Assembly (NCBI GenBank): GCA_018001635.1
Contig: JAGNHS010000006.1
Location: 2,905-66,904 of the forward strand
Direction of reading: 5' to 3'
DNA: 64,000 nucleotides
DNA from: Pseudomonadota bacterium
GTDB taxonomy: Bacteria > Bdellovibrionota > UBA2428
The notes below the pieces were generated by a model. The model saw only the letters and a list, made by a program, of their open reading frames with translations, made no database searches and was not told the DNA's origin. The position numbers and the translations under genes were made by a program. Positions 53,762-62,175 of this stretch are shown here, in pieces (positions within the stretch are counted from its first letter, which is position 1; each line of letters starts with the position of its first letter).

Positions 53762-54455
53762 AGAGTCCATTTCTGTAGAGGCTTTAGAGTTTTCATATGT
53801 AAGAAATTCTAAGCCCTTGTTAAAAATTCCTGATTTAAAAATATTAAATGGAGATAGAGTTTTTTTATTTGGCCCAAGTGGTTCCGGAAAAAGCACCTTG
53901 CTTTCATTGCTCACTGGAGTTTTGAAACCTCAAAAAGGCAAGATAACACTTTTAAATAATTTTGAAATATCTCAGGCTAATACTATGGCGGCCGATATTT
54001 TTCGGGGGGCGCATATGGGGTATATATTCCAGCAGTTTAATTTGCTTCCTCATTTAAGCGTGCGCGAAAATATTTCATTAGTTTTGGATTTAAATCCTCT
54101 CCGATTAAATAAAGTTTTAAAATCAAGCACTGTTGAATTGGAAATTAAAAGATTAGCTCAACATTTAGAGATTGAAAATATCTTAGATCGCTCTGCAATG
54201 GCTATTAGTGTTGGTCAGCAACAACGAGTTGCCGCTGCTCGTGCCTTAATTGGTGCTCCGGACATTATTATTGCTGATGAACCCACATCTTCTTTGGATA
54301 CAGATCGCCGAGATCTTTTTATGAAAATGATTCTTAGTGAAGTTGAATTGAGTCAAAGCACTTTGATTTTTGTGAGTCATGATCAAAGTTTGATGAAGCA
54401 TTTTAATAAGCATTTTTCTATTCTGGATTGGAGTGCAGAGGGAGTCGTGCAGTGA
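53751..54455 (+). CDS. ABC transporter ATP-binding protein (MacB/LolD-type)
   Basis: Walker A GPSGSGKST, Q-loop, signature SVGQQQRVAAARAL, Walker B IIIADEPTSSLD and H-loop VSHD. The TTG start overlaps the upstream stop. Confidence 0.9.
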   Translation: MSSKESISVEALEFSYVRNSKPLLKIPDLKILNGDRVFLFGPSGSGKSTLLSLLTGVLKPQKGKITLLNNFEISQANTMAADIFRGAHMGYIFQQFNLLPHLSVRENISLVLDLNPLRLNKVLKSSTVELEIKRLAQHLEIENILDRSAMAISVGQQQRVAAARALIGAPDIIIADEPTSSLDTDRRDLFMKMILSEVELSQSTLIFVSHDQSLMKHFNKHFSILDWSAEGVVQ

Positions 54456-55711
54456 TTTGGTGGCGTTTGGCGATTCGTTCTCTTGTCTTTCGTTGGCAGG
54501 CTTCATTACTAACTGTAGTTTCTATGGCGCTCAGTGTGGCGCTTTATTGTTCGGTTGAATCTCTGCGGTTGGGGGTTCATGAAACTTTTGAACAAACTGT
54601 AAGTCAAACAGATCTTATCGTGGGTGCTCGAAGCTCACCTCTGAATATTATTTTATACACCCTTTTTCATATGGGCGATGCTACGAACAATCTTCGTTAT
54701 GAAACTTTTAAGAAAATTTCATCGCATCCCGTAGTTCGATGGAGCATTCCTTTTTCTTTGGGTGATTCCCATCGTGGCTTTAGGGTGATGGCCACTAATG
54801 AAAGTTTTTATGAGTTTTTTCAATTTCGTGGGAATTGGCATATTGAATTTAATTCTGGAACTTTAGCCAAAGATGTTTTCGATGTTGTTTTAGGTTCCGA
54901 AGTGGCGGCCCGCTTGAATTACAAACTGAATGACAGAGTTGTGATTGCCCATGGAATGAGTTCAGAGAAGGGTGCTTTTTCAGAGCACAGTGATAAACCA
55001 TTTCATGTGGTGGGTATTTTGAAGCGCACAGGGACACCGGTCGATCGGGCTCTTTTTATAACTCTTGAAGGAATGGAAGCTATTCATATTAATTGGAAGG
55101 ATGGCTCAGCAGATGAATCTTCAACTCCTAAAGCGATAACAAAAGATCAGATTAAGGTGACACAAATCACATCTTTTCTATTGGGGCTGAAGTCGCGTGT
55201 TGCAGTTTTACATATGCAAAGGATGATTCAAAATTATGCGGATGAGTCTCTTGAGGCGGCTATTCCTGGTTTTGTACTGAGCCGCTTTTGGGAAAGTCTT
55301 GGAGCCTTTGAGCGCACTTTAAGTTTAATGACTCTAGCTATCTTTATAGTGGGGCTTATAGGTATGTTGATTGCATTGCTGACGTCTTTGGATCAGAGGC
55401 GAAGAGAAATGGCTGTCTTGAGGGCTTTGGGTTCTAGGGCTTTTCAAATATTTATTTTACTTTTAAGCGAAGCTTATTTTTTGATGGCTTCTTCTATTGT
55501 TGCAGGTTTGGGTCTCTATTCTCTTTTGTTCTTTCTCTTTCGTGATTTTGTTGAGTCAAAATATGGTGTGGTTTTAGTCTTGTGGCCCTTTGATTCTGAG
55601 AATCTCTATATTCTTTTAGGTCTCTTTGTGGCGGGAACTATCGCGGCATTAATACCTGCAGCTGTTGCCTACCTTAGAAGTGTTTCAGATGGATTGCAGC
55701 AAAGAACTTAG
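54428..55711 (+). CDS. ABC transporter permease, FtsX/MacB-type
   Basis: N-terminal TM, a large periplasmic domain, and a C-terminal FtsX 3-TM bundle (RRREMAVLRALGSRAFQIFILLLSEA...). The likely true start is the in-frame GTG at 54452, which overlaps the ATPase stop (GTGA). Confidence 0.85.
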   Translation: MECRGSRAVIWWRLAIRSLVFRWQASLLTVVSMALSVALYCSVESLRLGVHETFEQTVSQTDLIVGARSSPLNIILYTLFHMGDATNNLRYETFKKISSHPVVRWSIPFSLGDSHRGFRVMATNESFYEFFQFRGNWHIEFNSGTLAKDVFDVVLGSEVAARLNYKLNDRVVIAHGMSSEKGAFSEHSDKPFHVVGILKRTGTPVDRALFITLEGMEAIHINWKDGSADESSTPKAITKDQIKVTQITSFLLGLKSRVAVLHMQRMIQNYADESLEAAIPGFVLSRFWESLGAFERTLSLMTLAIFIVGLIGMLIALLTSLDQRRREMAVLRALGSRAFQIFILLLSEAYFLMASSIVAGLGLYSLLFFLFRDFVESKYGVVLVLWPFDSENLYILLGLFVAGTIAALIPAAVAYLRSVSDGLQQRT

Positions 55712-55865
55712 TTTAAAAAGTATTTGGTTTAATAGAAAAGCATGTCATAATAATTTTGCTTAGGTTCATAATTACAGGATTTAAATGATATGAAGTTTTT
55801 CATTAATTTAAATAGTGAAATTCTTTTAGAATTTAAAATTGTCTGTTCAAAGTTTTAGGTGAGAG

Positions 55866-57881
55866 ATGAATGTGGGGAGATTGTTGAATTTTAACTTTGT
55901 ATTGCAAGAAAAGTCATTTTCATTTTTAAAAAAAATTGTTTTTAACATCTCCTGGTGTTTATTGTTGACGCTTTCAGCCTCTTCTTTAACCTATTATTGT
56001 CAGGATGGAGTTAATTGCTATTTGTCCGATGGAGCCACTACAACTTTTCATAATTATGGCACAGACTGGAAGGCTAGTGCTAGCACTGGTTATGCCGGAG
56101 ACATCGGTGTCATTTCGACTGACGGAAGCATAAGAGTGACGTCTTCGGTGGCTTTAGCTGGTGCAGTGGCTTCTATTCAGTTCACTTCAGGTTCTTATAT
56201 AGTTGAATTGATATCGAGCGGAGGTCATGGTTCTGCGTTTCAACATGCAGCACATATGTGGGGTGAATGTGGTTTTGCCACTGAATGTGATAATCCAACG
56301 GAAGCAGGTTCGTTGGATGATGACTTCACTAAAGATCCCAGTACTGGGTTAGCCAAAAAAGAAACTTGGGGCGATCCAGTAAAAGCAAATTTATTGTCAA
56401 CGAAAGGGTTTCATGGGGTTGAAGGTTCTACAGATGGCTCGTCTAGTAGCCGAATTCATACATTTGAAGTTTTGCAAAATCCAGATACGGGTGCACAAAA
56501 TAGAATTCACTCTATAGTAAATATGGCTAATTTTGTAGCCCCCGATGGACGATCGGAATATAATTGGTGCAAGCCAAAACATTTATTGAATGTGCCTTCA
56601 ACTCAACCCATGGGGGATTGGTTGGAGAAATGGGTTGATGTTGGTGTGAATTTAAACGGCACACTATACCCTGATATCATTAGAACCAAATCTCGTTTTG
56701 TACCAGGTAGAGGAGCTCCGTTTGCAGATAATCGATTGATTGCTTATTTGAATGCTGGAGTTTTTACATGGCAAGCATTGTATAATCCTCGCACTGATAA
56801 ATATGTTGACCTTTTAGCTATAAGTCGTGACCTTGGATATTATGATTATTTATATAAATTAAATAAAGATTTTCAGGATACAGCACTTTGGCTTTCAACT
56901 GCTGTAGCAAGCGGAGTCAGTGCGGCAGATATTGAACTAGGAAAATCTTATCAAGAAACTCGCATCAAGCAATTAACGGATCTTCATCAAGCTTTCGAAA
57001 CTGAAAAATATGAGCGTATGAAAAAGGCGACACCTCCATCGGAGCTTGATAATTTTATTTATCAACCCTGGGTTGCTATAGCTACCAATCCTGATGGAAA
57101 TGTTGCAATGGGAATGATGGTTATGCCAACGTCGAGAGACGTGAATCATGTTATTTGGCAAGTGTCTTATACCGACGCCTCTTGGCAGATTGCCAATCCC
57201 AACTACCCTTATAGTTATGTTACTTTGAATGCACATGATTTTTACCGTAATGTAAAAAAAGATCAGGAATATATTATGAATTCCTATGCATTTGTTGGAA
57301 CTTTTGATCGTGTTAAAACCTTAGCTAAAGCAGTCTGCAAATCAAAAAATCTTTGCGGTTCAGATACAAGTTTATTGCAAAAACCCCCTGAAGACCCGAG
57401 CTTTTTTACCTCAGATAGTAACACTCTACCAGTTTGTCGGTACTATAGTGTAGATACGGGAAGATATACCGAACTTTCTTACGGGCGATATGGAAGTGGA
57501 AGTTCTTGGTTTGGGGGAAATTGGTATATTGGAATACCTGGAGATATTTACGCTGGAGGTTATTCCATTGCTAAATTGGCAAATCCTGATGATGGTAAAT
57601 TCGCCATTGTTGGTGCAGATATTCCACTTTATCGTTGTCTTTATGGTCATGCAAAAAGTGGGACTTATTTTACATTTGTTTCTAAAGATGAAAAATGCGA
57701 AGGCCAAGTGAAGCAAGATATTTTAGGATATGGCTGGTCCTCCAATACGGGAGGGTTAAAAGAGTTGGCTAGGTGCTTTAGGTCAACGCCTTCACAGACT
57801 TCGATATTAACTACTAACCCCGGATCTGATTGTTCTGGATGGAGTGAAATTATACATTTAGGGGTGTGGGCTATACCATGA
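55866..57881 (+). CDS. Large exported hypothetical protein (671 aa), translationally coupled to a prepilin gene
   Basis: Hydrophobic N-terminus (ISWCLLLTLSASS). Gly/aromatic-rich. The Cys-containing C-terminal part has repeated motifs (VCRYYSVDTGRYTELSYG; PLYRCLYGHAKSGTYFTFVSKDEKCEG). The stop overlaps the next ATG (ATGA at 57878-57881). Confidence 0.6.
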   Translation: MNVGRLLNFNFVLQEKSFSFLKKIVFNISWCLLLTLSASSLTYYCQDGVNCYLSDGATTTFHNYGTDWKASASTGYAGDIGVISTDGSIRVTSSVALAGAVASIQFTSGSYIVELISSGGHGSAFQHAAHMWGECGFATECDNPTEAGSLDDDFTKDPSTGLAKKETWGDPVKANLLSTKGFHGVEGSTDGSSSSRIHTFEVLQNPDTGAQNRIHSIVNMANFVAPDGRSEYNWCKPKHLLNVPSTQPMGDWLEKWVDVGVNLNGTLYPDIIRTKSRFVPGRGAPFADNRLIAYLNAGVFTWQALYNPRTDKYVDLLAISRDLGYYDYLYKLNKDFQDTALWLSTAVASGVSAADIELGKSYQETRIKQLTDLHQAFETEKYERMKKATPPSELDNFIYQPWVAIATNPDGNVAMGMMVMPTSRDVNHVIWQVSYTDASWQIANPNYPYSYVTLNAHDFYRNVKKDQEYIMNSYAFVGTFDRVKTLAKAVCKSKNLCGSDTSLLQKPPEDPSFFTSDSNTLPVCRYYSVDTGRYTELSYGRYGSGSSWFGGNWYIGIPGDIYAGGYSIAKLANPDDGKFAIVGADIPLYRCLYGHAKSGTYFTFVSKDEKCEGQVKQDILGYGWSSNTGGLKELARCFRSTPSQTSILTTNPGSDCSGWSEIIHLGVWAIP

Positions 57882-58525
57882 AATTAAAAACTAATTATTA
57901 CGGATTTACTATTGTAGAAGTTGTTATGAGTGTTGGAATCGGGGCTATTGCTTTGGTTCTTTTGGCGACGATCATAAACAATGGAATGAAATCTTTAAAT
58001 AAGATTGAAGTCAGTCAAGACCGAGATGAGGCTTTACGTTTAGCAAGGTTGGTATTATTGCAGCCAGGCCAATGTCGATGCAATTTTAAGGAATTGGTGT
58101 TGTCTGATACGGCACCAACACCAGTTAGCGCTATATCTCTATTTGCCAACACTCAAACGTGTGCCAATCCTACGGTAATTTTAAAAATAGGGCAAAAAGT
58201 GGGACAAGCAACTAAAAATATTTCTTCGATGGAATTACGTAAAATGGCTAATTTTGGAATTAAATCTACTTTAGCAGAGTTAAATGTTTTAATTTCTGGG
58301 GAATCTAATCCTGATACAGTTTTGTTCGGCGTTGACTATGGACCGTCCGGTATGAAAATTGCTCGATGTTACTTGGATCACCCCGCTACAGTCTCTAGAA
58401 TATGTAATACTTTTGTTAGCTCTACAGTCAACTCAAGCACTTGCCAAACAGGATGTACGCCCTTTGTTACTTCAGATGCCGGTGGATTGAAGTCAGGAAT
58501 TTGCTTGGAAGCTGCTACATTTTAA
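57878..58525 (+). CDS. Type IV prepilin-like protein (canonical class III signal peptide)
   Basis: MKLKTNYYG|FTIVEVVMSVGIGAIALVLLATII has Gly at -1, Phe at +1 and Glu at +5, followed by a hydrophobic helix. The C-terminal domain contains several Cys. Confidence 0.8.
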   Translation: MKLKTNYYGFTIVEVVMSVGIGAIALVLLATIINNGMKSLNKIEVSQDRDEALRLARLVLLQPGQCRCNFKELVLSDTAPTPVSAISLFANTQTCANPTVILKIGQKVGQATKNISSMELRKMANFGIKSTLAELNVLISGESNPDTVLFGVDYGPSGMKIARCYLDHPATVSRICNTFVSSTVNSSTCQTGCTPFVTSDAGGLKSGICLEAATF

Positions 58526-58533
58526 AAAATATT

Positions 58534-59181
58534 ATGAGAATGAAAAATAATTCAGGATCAATTCTAATGGCGGCGATTTTTACGGTAATATTTTTAGGAA
58601 TAATTGGATACACATTGCCCATTATTATTAAAAATTTTTCCACTAATAGATTAAACGAGGTCAAGGTACAGGCAGTAAAAGATTTGCATAGGCAACTCGT
58701 TTTGATCAGTACCTTAAGATCCAGTAAAGATTGTTGGATTAAGGATGTTCCAGATTCAAGCATTTTAAATTGGACCGATTTAAAAATTTACTCAGACAAT
58801 ACGTGTAGCTCATTTCAAAAATTATGGGAAGTTGGAAAAAATATTGGTTACTTAAAGTTAGAAAAAATCCAATGGAAGTTTAATTCTTTAGTCAATGGAT
58901 TTAGGGAAGGTAAATTAGTGCTTTCAGTATCTTCGAGCGCGTCCCCAAACTTGACCAAAACAATTGAATTAGATCTTGTTGCAAGGGTGGTGAGTGCTAA
59001 GTTTGTGTCTCTAAAATTAAAAAAAGCTCCTGATGGAGGTGGTGTTTGTCGAAGCTTCGCGCAAAATGCTTCAAGCCCTTTTACAATTTCTTGCCCCTCT
59101 GAATGCTTTCCATTTGTCACGCAAACAATAAACTCTGGTTTGAGTAATAAATTTTTTCGTGGACTGTGTTTAAGGTTATAG
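58534..59181 (+). CDS. Minor pilin-like protein lacking Glu+5 (PilX/GspK-like N-terminus)
   Basis: ATG 58534 gives MRMKNNSG|SILMAAIFTVIFLGIIGYTLPIII: a short basic leader, Gly at -1, a hydrophobic helix and no Glu at +5. The track start at 58441 overlaps the upstream gene and is rejected. Confidence 0.5.
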   Translation: MRMKNNSGSILMAAIFTVIFLGIIGYTLPIIIKNFSTNRLNEVKVQAVKDLHRQLVLISTLRSSKDCWIKDVPDSSILNWTDLKIYSDNTCSSFQKLWEVGKNIGYLKLEKIQWKFNSLVNGFREGKLVLSVSSSASPNLTKTIELDLVARVVSAKFVSLKLKKAPDGGGVCRSFAQNASSPFTISCPSECFPFVTQTINSGLSNKFFRGLCLRL

Positions 59182-59263
59182 GTGCTACGCGTTAGTGTTT
59201 GTGTTGATGCTTCAGTCTACTTTAAGAAAGATCAGATAAACTGTAATTGAAATTTAGATTAAA

Positions 59264-60385
59264 ATGATAAAAAAAATAGTCAGAAAAAAAAATGCATTTA
59301 CAATAGTACAAGTTATGGTCGCCCTTGCTCTGGCGGGTCTGTTGATGCTCAGTGTTTCTCAAATTGTTAGTTATATAAATAATGCGAGCGTTCAATCGAA
59401 GTCTACAGCGACACTTAATTTTCTTAAAAGCCAAGCTATTTCTATTCAAAAAGATCTTCCTTCATGGTTAGAAAAACTTCGGCTATCAAATTCATTATTA
59501 GCAAATTGCATTCCTTCTGGAAGTGTCACTCTTTTTTCTTGCCCGCCAGGAGGTGTTAATGACCCTCAAATCACGGCATTGTTTTCAGGACAAATTATTA
59601 CAAGTGTTGCATTAGTCGACTTTTTTCAAAAACCCTTAACAGGTACTGAGACTAGTCCACTTTATTTGGATATTTCTGGATCTCCTTGTATGACTACATC
59701 TTGTCAAAAGTTCTCACTTGTTGGATATATGGCTCGCGAAAATACATCTGGTAATCCAGGATCTATTGAATTTGCCTATAAAATCGTAACTTTTAAAACT
59801 CAGGTGAATGAAGTGCCAACAAAAGAAGTTATTGTAAGAATCCCTGTAGGAAAAAACTGGACAGACATGTCGGGACAATGTCCTCCAGCTGGATTCCCAA
59901 AACGAACATTAATGACTGGTATAGATTCTAATAGAATTCCAATTTGTATCGAGCCACCTCCTATTCCTCTGAGTTGTCCTCCTAACCATATATTGGCTCC
60001 CAATGGAAGTGGTGGCTTAATGTGTGCACTAATTCCACTTCCTAAAATAGTATGTACTGTGAGATCTTCTGATTTGTCGGGATTAGGATTTCCGGGCGCT
60101 ACTTGCCAAGCGGGTGAAGTATTAACAGGAGGAGGTTTTAAAGCTCACAATCCTAATGTTGCCTCGGAAACTTTTAGTAATTGTATAAAGACTTATAAAA
60201 CTCCTACAGCAGTAACTTCTGAAACAATTGGTTGGCCACATTCGATGGAGCCCATTGGTAATCAAATATGGGTAAATTTTTGGAGAGGACAGGTTGAACC
60301 AAAGGCTGATGGTGTTGGAAATACTGTTCACGAATATGATACTTGTGGAATTTCTTATGCCATTTGTTGTAAAATCTCACATTAA
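59264..60385 (+). CDS. Large pilin-like protein (373 aa) with variant class III signal peptide (Ala-1, Gln+5)
   Basis: MIKKIVRKKNA|FTIVQVMVALALAGLLMLSVSQIV has the prepilin architecture, with Ala at -1 and Gln replacing Glu at +5. The large C-terminal domain is Cys/Pro-rich. Confidence 0.6.
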   Translation: MIKKIVRKKNAFTIVQVMVALALAGLLMLSVSQIVSYINNASVQSKSTATLNFLKSQAISIQKDLPSWLEKLRLSNSLLANCIPSGSVTLFSCPPGGVNDPQITALFSGQIITSVALVDFFQKPLTGTETSPLYLDISGSPCMTTSCQKFSLVGYMARENTSGNPGSIEFAYKIVTFKTQVNEVPTKEVIVRIPVGKNWTDMSGQCPPAGFPKRTLMTGIDSNRIPICIEPPPIPLSCPPNHILAPNGSGGLMCALIPLPKIVCTVRSSDLSGLGFPGATCQAGEVLTGGGFKAHNPNVASETFSNCIKTYKTPTAVTSETIGWPHSMEPIGNQIWVNFWRGQVEPKADGVGNTVHEYDTCGISYAICCKISH

Positions 60386-60470
60386 ATATAATTGATTTTA
60401 GTCAATTCTGATTTTCATTTGGATGTATTTAGAATAGCTATTTTTGTTTTGTGTCAAATACAGAGAAAGG

Positions 60471-61766
60471 CTAATTAATTTTGTTAGTCTCTTCTACATA
60501 GGAGAGAATGCTCTTTTTAATTTCATTCACATCATCGCTGTCGACAACGTTGTCTAGGGGGTTGCCGGCAATTTCTTTAGTATTAATGTTGCTTTCCTTT
60601 ATGTAAATTTCCCAAATGCTTTGATTTTCAGCGCGGTCTCTATCGATGGACTTTCCTAGTTGATTGATTTTCAGTAAACCAAGTGAGCCTGTGTGATAGA
60701 AAAAGGCATTGTCTTTTTCGTTTTGTGTTTCGTTTGTAAGATCGCCAAGATTTTTAATTCCCATAGATAATATGGTTTTATGTTTTACAAAATCGGCCGC
60801 ACCTTCAGCGTATTCAAGGTGCCGTAGCATCTTATAAGTTTCGGGATATTTTGATTTAAGCTCTTTGAGGCACCACTCAATTTTGCTGAGAGACATTTTT
60901 TCTTCTTCGGGATTGGGTTGCGGGATGGATGTGATTTTAAAAACTTCTTTTTTATAAAGTTGGAGTAACTTGAAAACCTCAGGTTTGTTGTTCACTTCTT
61001 TTAATGTGTCTTCATCGGAATAATTTTCAGTAGTTTTACCAAAAGGTGGATTTTCTTCTCTGTTTCTGTCGCCTTCTATTACATGAAAGCTTTCATGGAT
61101 AAATGTTTCAAAAAAAATATTTCCTGATCCCTTTGGAAATTGTTTTTGATAGAAACTTTCGTTGGGAAAAAGTTTGCGTATAGGAGTTTCGTCTGGGGAG
61201 TAAATCGGCATTGTCTCAGCGCCAAGAGCTACGCGTAGAGGATGTTTTTTGTCGAAGTAATTTTCGTTAAAGGGGAGTGGAACAGGGAATCTCGCCCCTT
61301 GAAGATAAGTGAAGCCTAGAATCTCTCCCGTTCCTTGTTGCGAATCAATGTTTTGAGTGTTGATATTTTTTAATTCGTAGACTTTTCGGCCCATTCTTTG
61401 AGAGAGTTCTGGATTTTCCTTCATTCCAGCAACGGGTTCTTTATCCCAATTGAAAATATAAAGTGTAGCTATACCTTTTTCAGCTTTTCCAACTAAGCCA
61501 ATGGGACTTTTGCTGAGATTAAATTCTTTAAGGGTAGGGCCCATGTAGGCTTCGAGCGGGTGTTCTTGGTGTTCTTTAAGAAGATTTAGAAAATCTTCGA
61601 CTTTTTGATTTTCGTCTTTATTTAAATTCGGAATGATAGATTTATTGTCTGAAGTTTCTTGGCGGGGAGTGCTTTCATTTACATTTTTTGAGCTTTTGTT
61701 TGCGGTGTGTTCAGCCCAAGCGCTTATGTTAAGGATCAGTGAAACAAGTATGGCAAATAGACACAT
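60471..61766 (-). CDS. Exported hypothetical protein with HExxH motif (putative zinc metallopeptidase)
   Basis: Signal peptide MCLFAILVSLILNISAWA|EH. A single HESFH motif (61082-61096) lies in FFETFIHESFHVIEGD. No family assigned. Confidence 0.5.
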   Translation of the reverse strand: MCLFAILVSLILNISAWAEHTANKSSKNVNESTPRQETSDNKSIIPNLNKDENQKVEDFLNLLKEHQEHPLEAYMGPTLKEFNLSKSPIGLVGKAEKGIATLYIFNWDKEPVAGMKENPELSQRMGRKVYELKNINTQNIDSQQGTGEILGFTYLQGARFPVPLPFNENYFDKKHPLRVALGAETMPIYSPDETPIRKLFPNESFYQKQFPKGSGNIFFETFIHESFHVIEGDRNREENPPFGKTTENYSDEDTLKEVNNKPEVFKLLQLYKKEVFKITSIPQPNPEEEKMSLSKIEWCLKELKSKYPETYKMLRHLEYAEGAADFVKHKTILSMGIKNLGDLTNETQNEKDNAFFYHTGSLGLLKINQLGKSIDRDRAENQSIWEIYIKESNINTKEIAGNPLDNVVDSDDVNEIKKSILSYVEETNKIN

Positions 61767-61897
61767 TATTAATGCCTATCGGTAGCCATACTTGCTGTCT
61801 CAATGGCGGAATTAAATTAAATTTATTAGAGGAAAATCCGCGTTAATGTCTTGAGCTTAATAGGAATAATTAATTAATCTTAACTAAGTATTTTTAC

Positions 61898-62040
61898 GGA
61901 TTCTACTGTGCGACGTAAAGAGTGGGGCATGTGTGGGACCTGATCAATTGAGAGGGAGAGTCGTGGCGAGGGCTCGAAGGAGATCTGCATTTTTCCTAAG
62001 CATTTTGCTTCAAACACTCTTAACGTCGCACAGTAGATTC
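61898..62040. repeat. Intergenic element bounded by 26-27-bp inverted repeats (about 143 bp)
   Basis: Left arm is GGATTCTACTGTGCGACGTAAAGAGTG (61898-61924). Right arm is CACTCTTAACGTCGCACAGTAGATTC (62015-62040). They show 1-2 mismatches. The roughly 90-bp interior is not obviously self-complementary. A partial direct copy, GATTCTGTGCGA, follows immediately (62036-62047). Confidence 0.7.
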
Positions 62041-62175
62041 TGTGCGATCTTGATGGATTGGGGTTGAATTATCATGTGATTACATGTGTTTACCGTGAGT
62101 TCATAATCTAATTGTTATCTTGGGTTGAGCGACTTTAGATTGAGACTCTATCTTTAGTCTGCTAAGGCTTTGTCC

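Noticed and set aside
61898-62040. Possible NiCo (czcD-type) riboswitch upstream of the NicO/RcnA-like transporter gene
   Set aside because: The context is tempting. However, the element is closed by a near-perfect 26-bp inverted repeat, far longer than a riboswitch P1. I also could not fold the roughly 90-nt interior into the expected four-helix junction. A scan with the Rfam NiCo covariance model would settle it.
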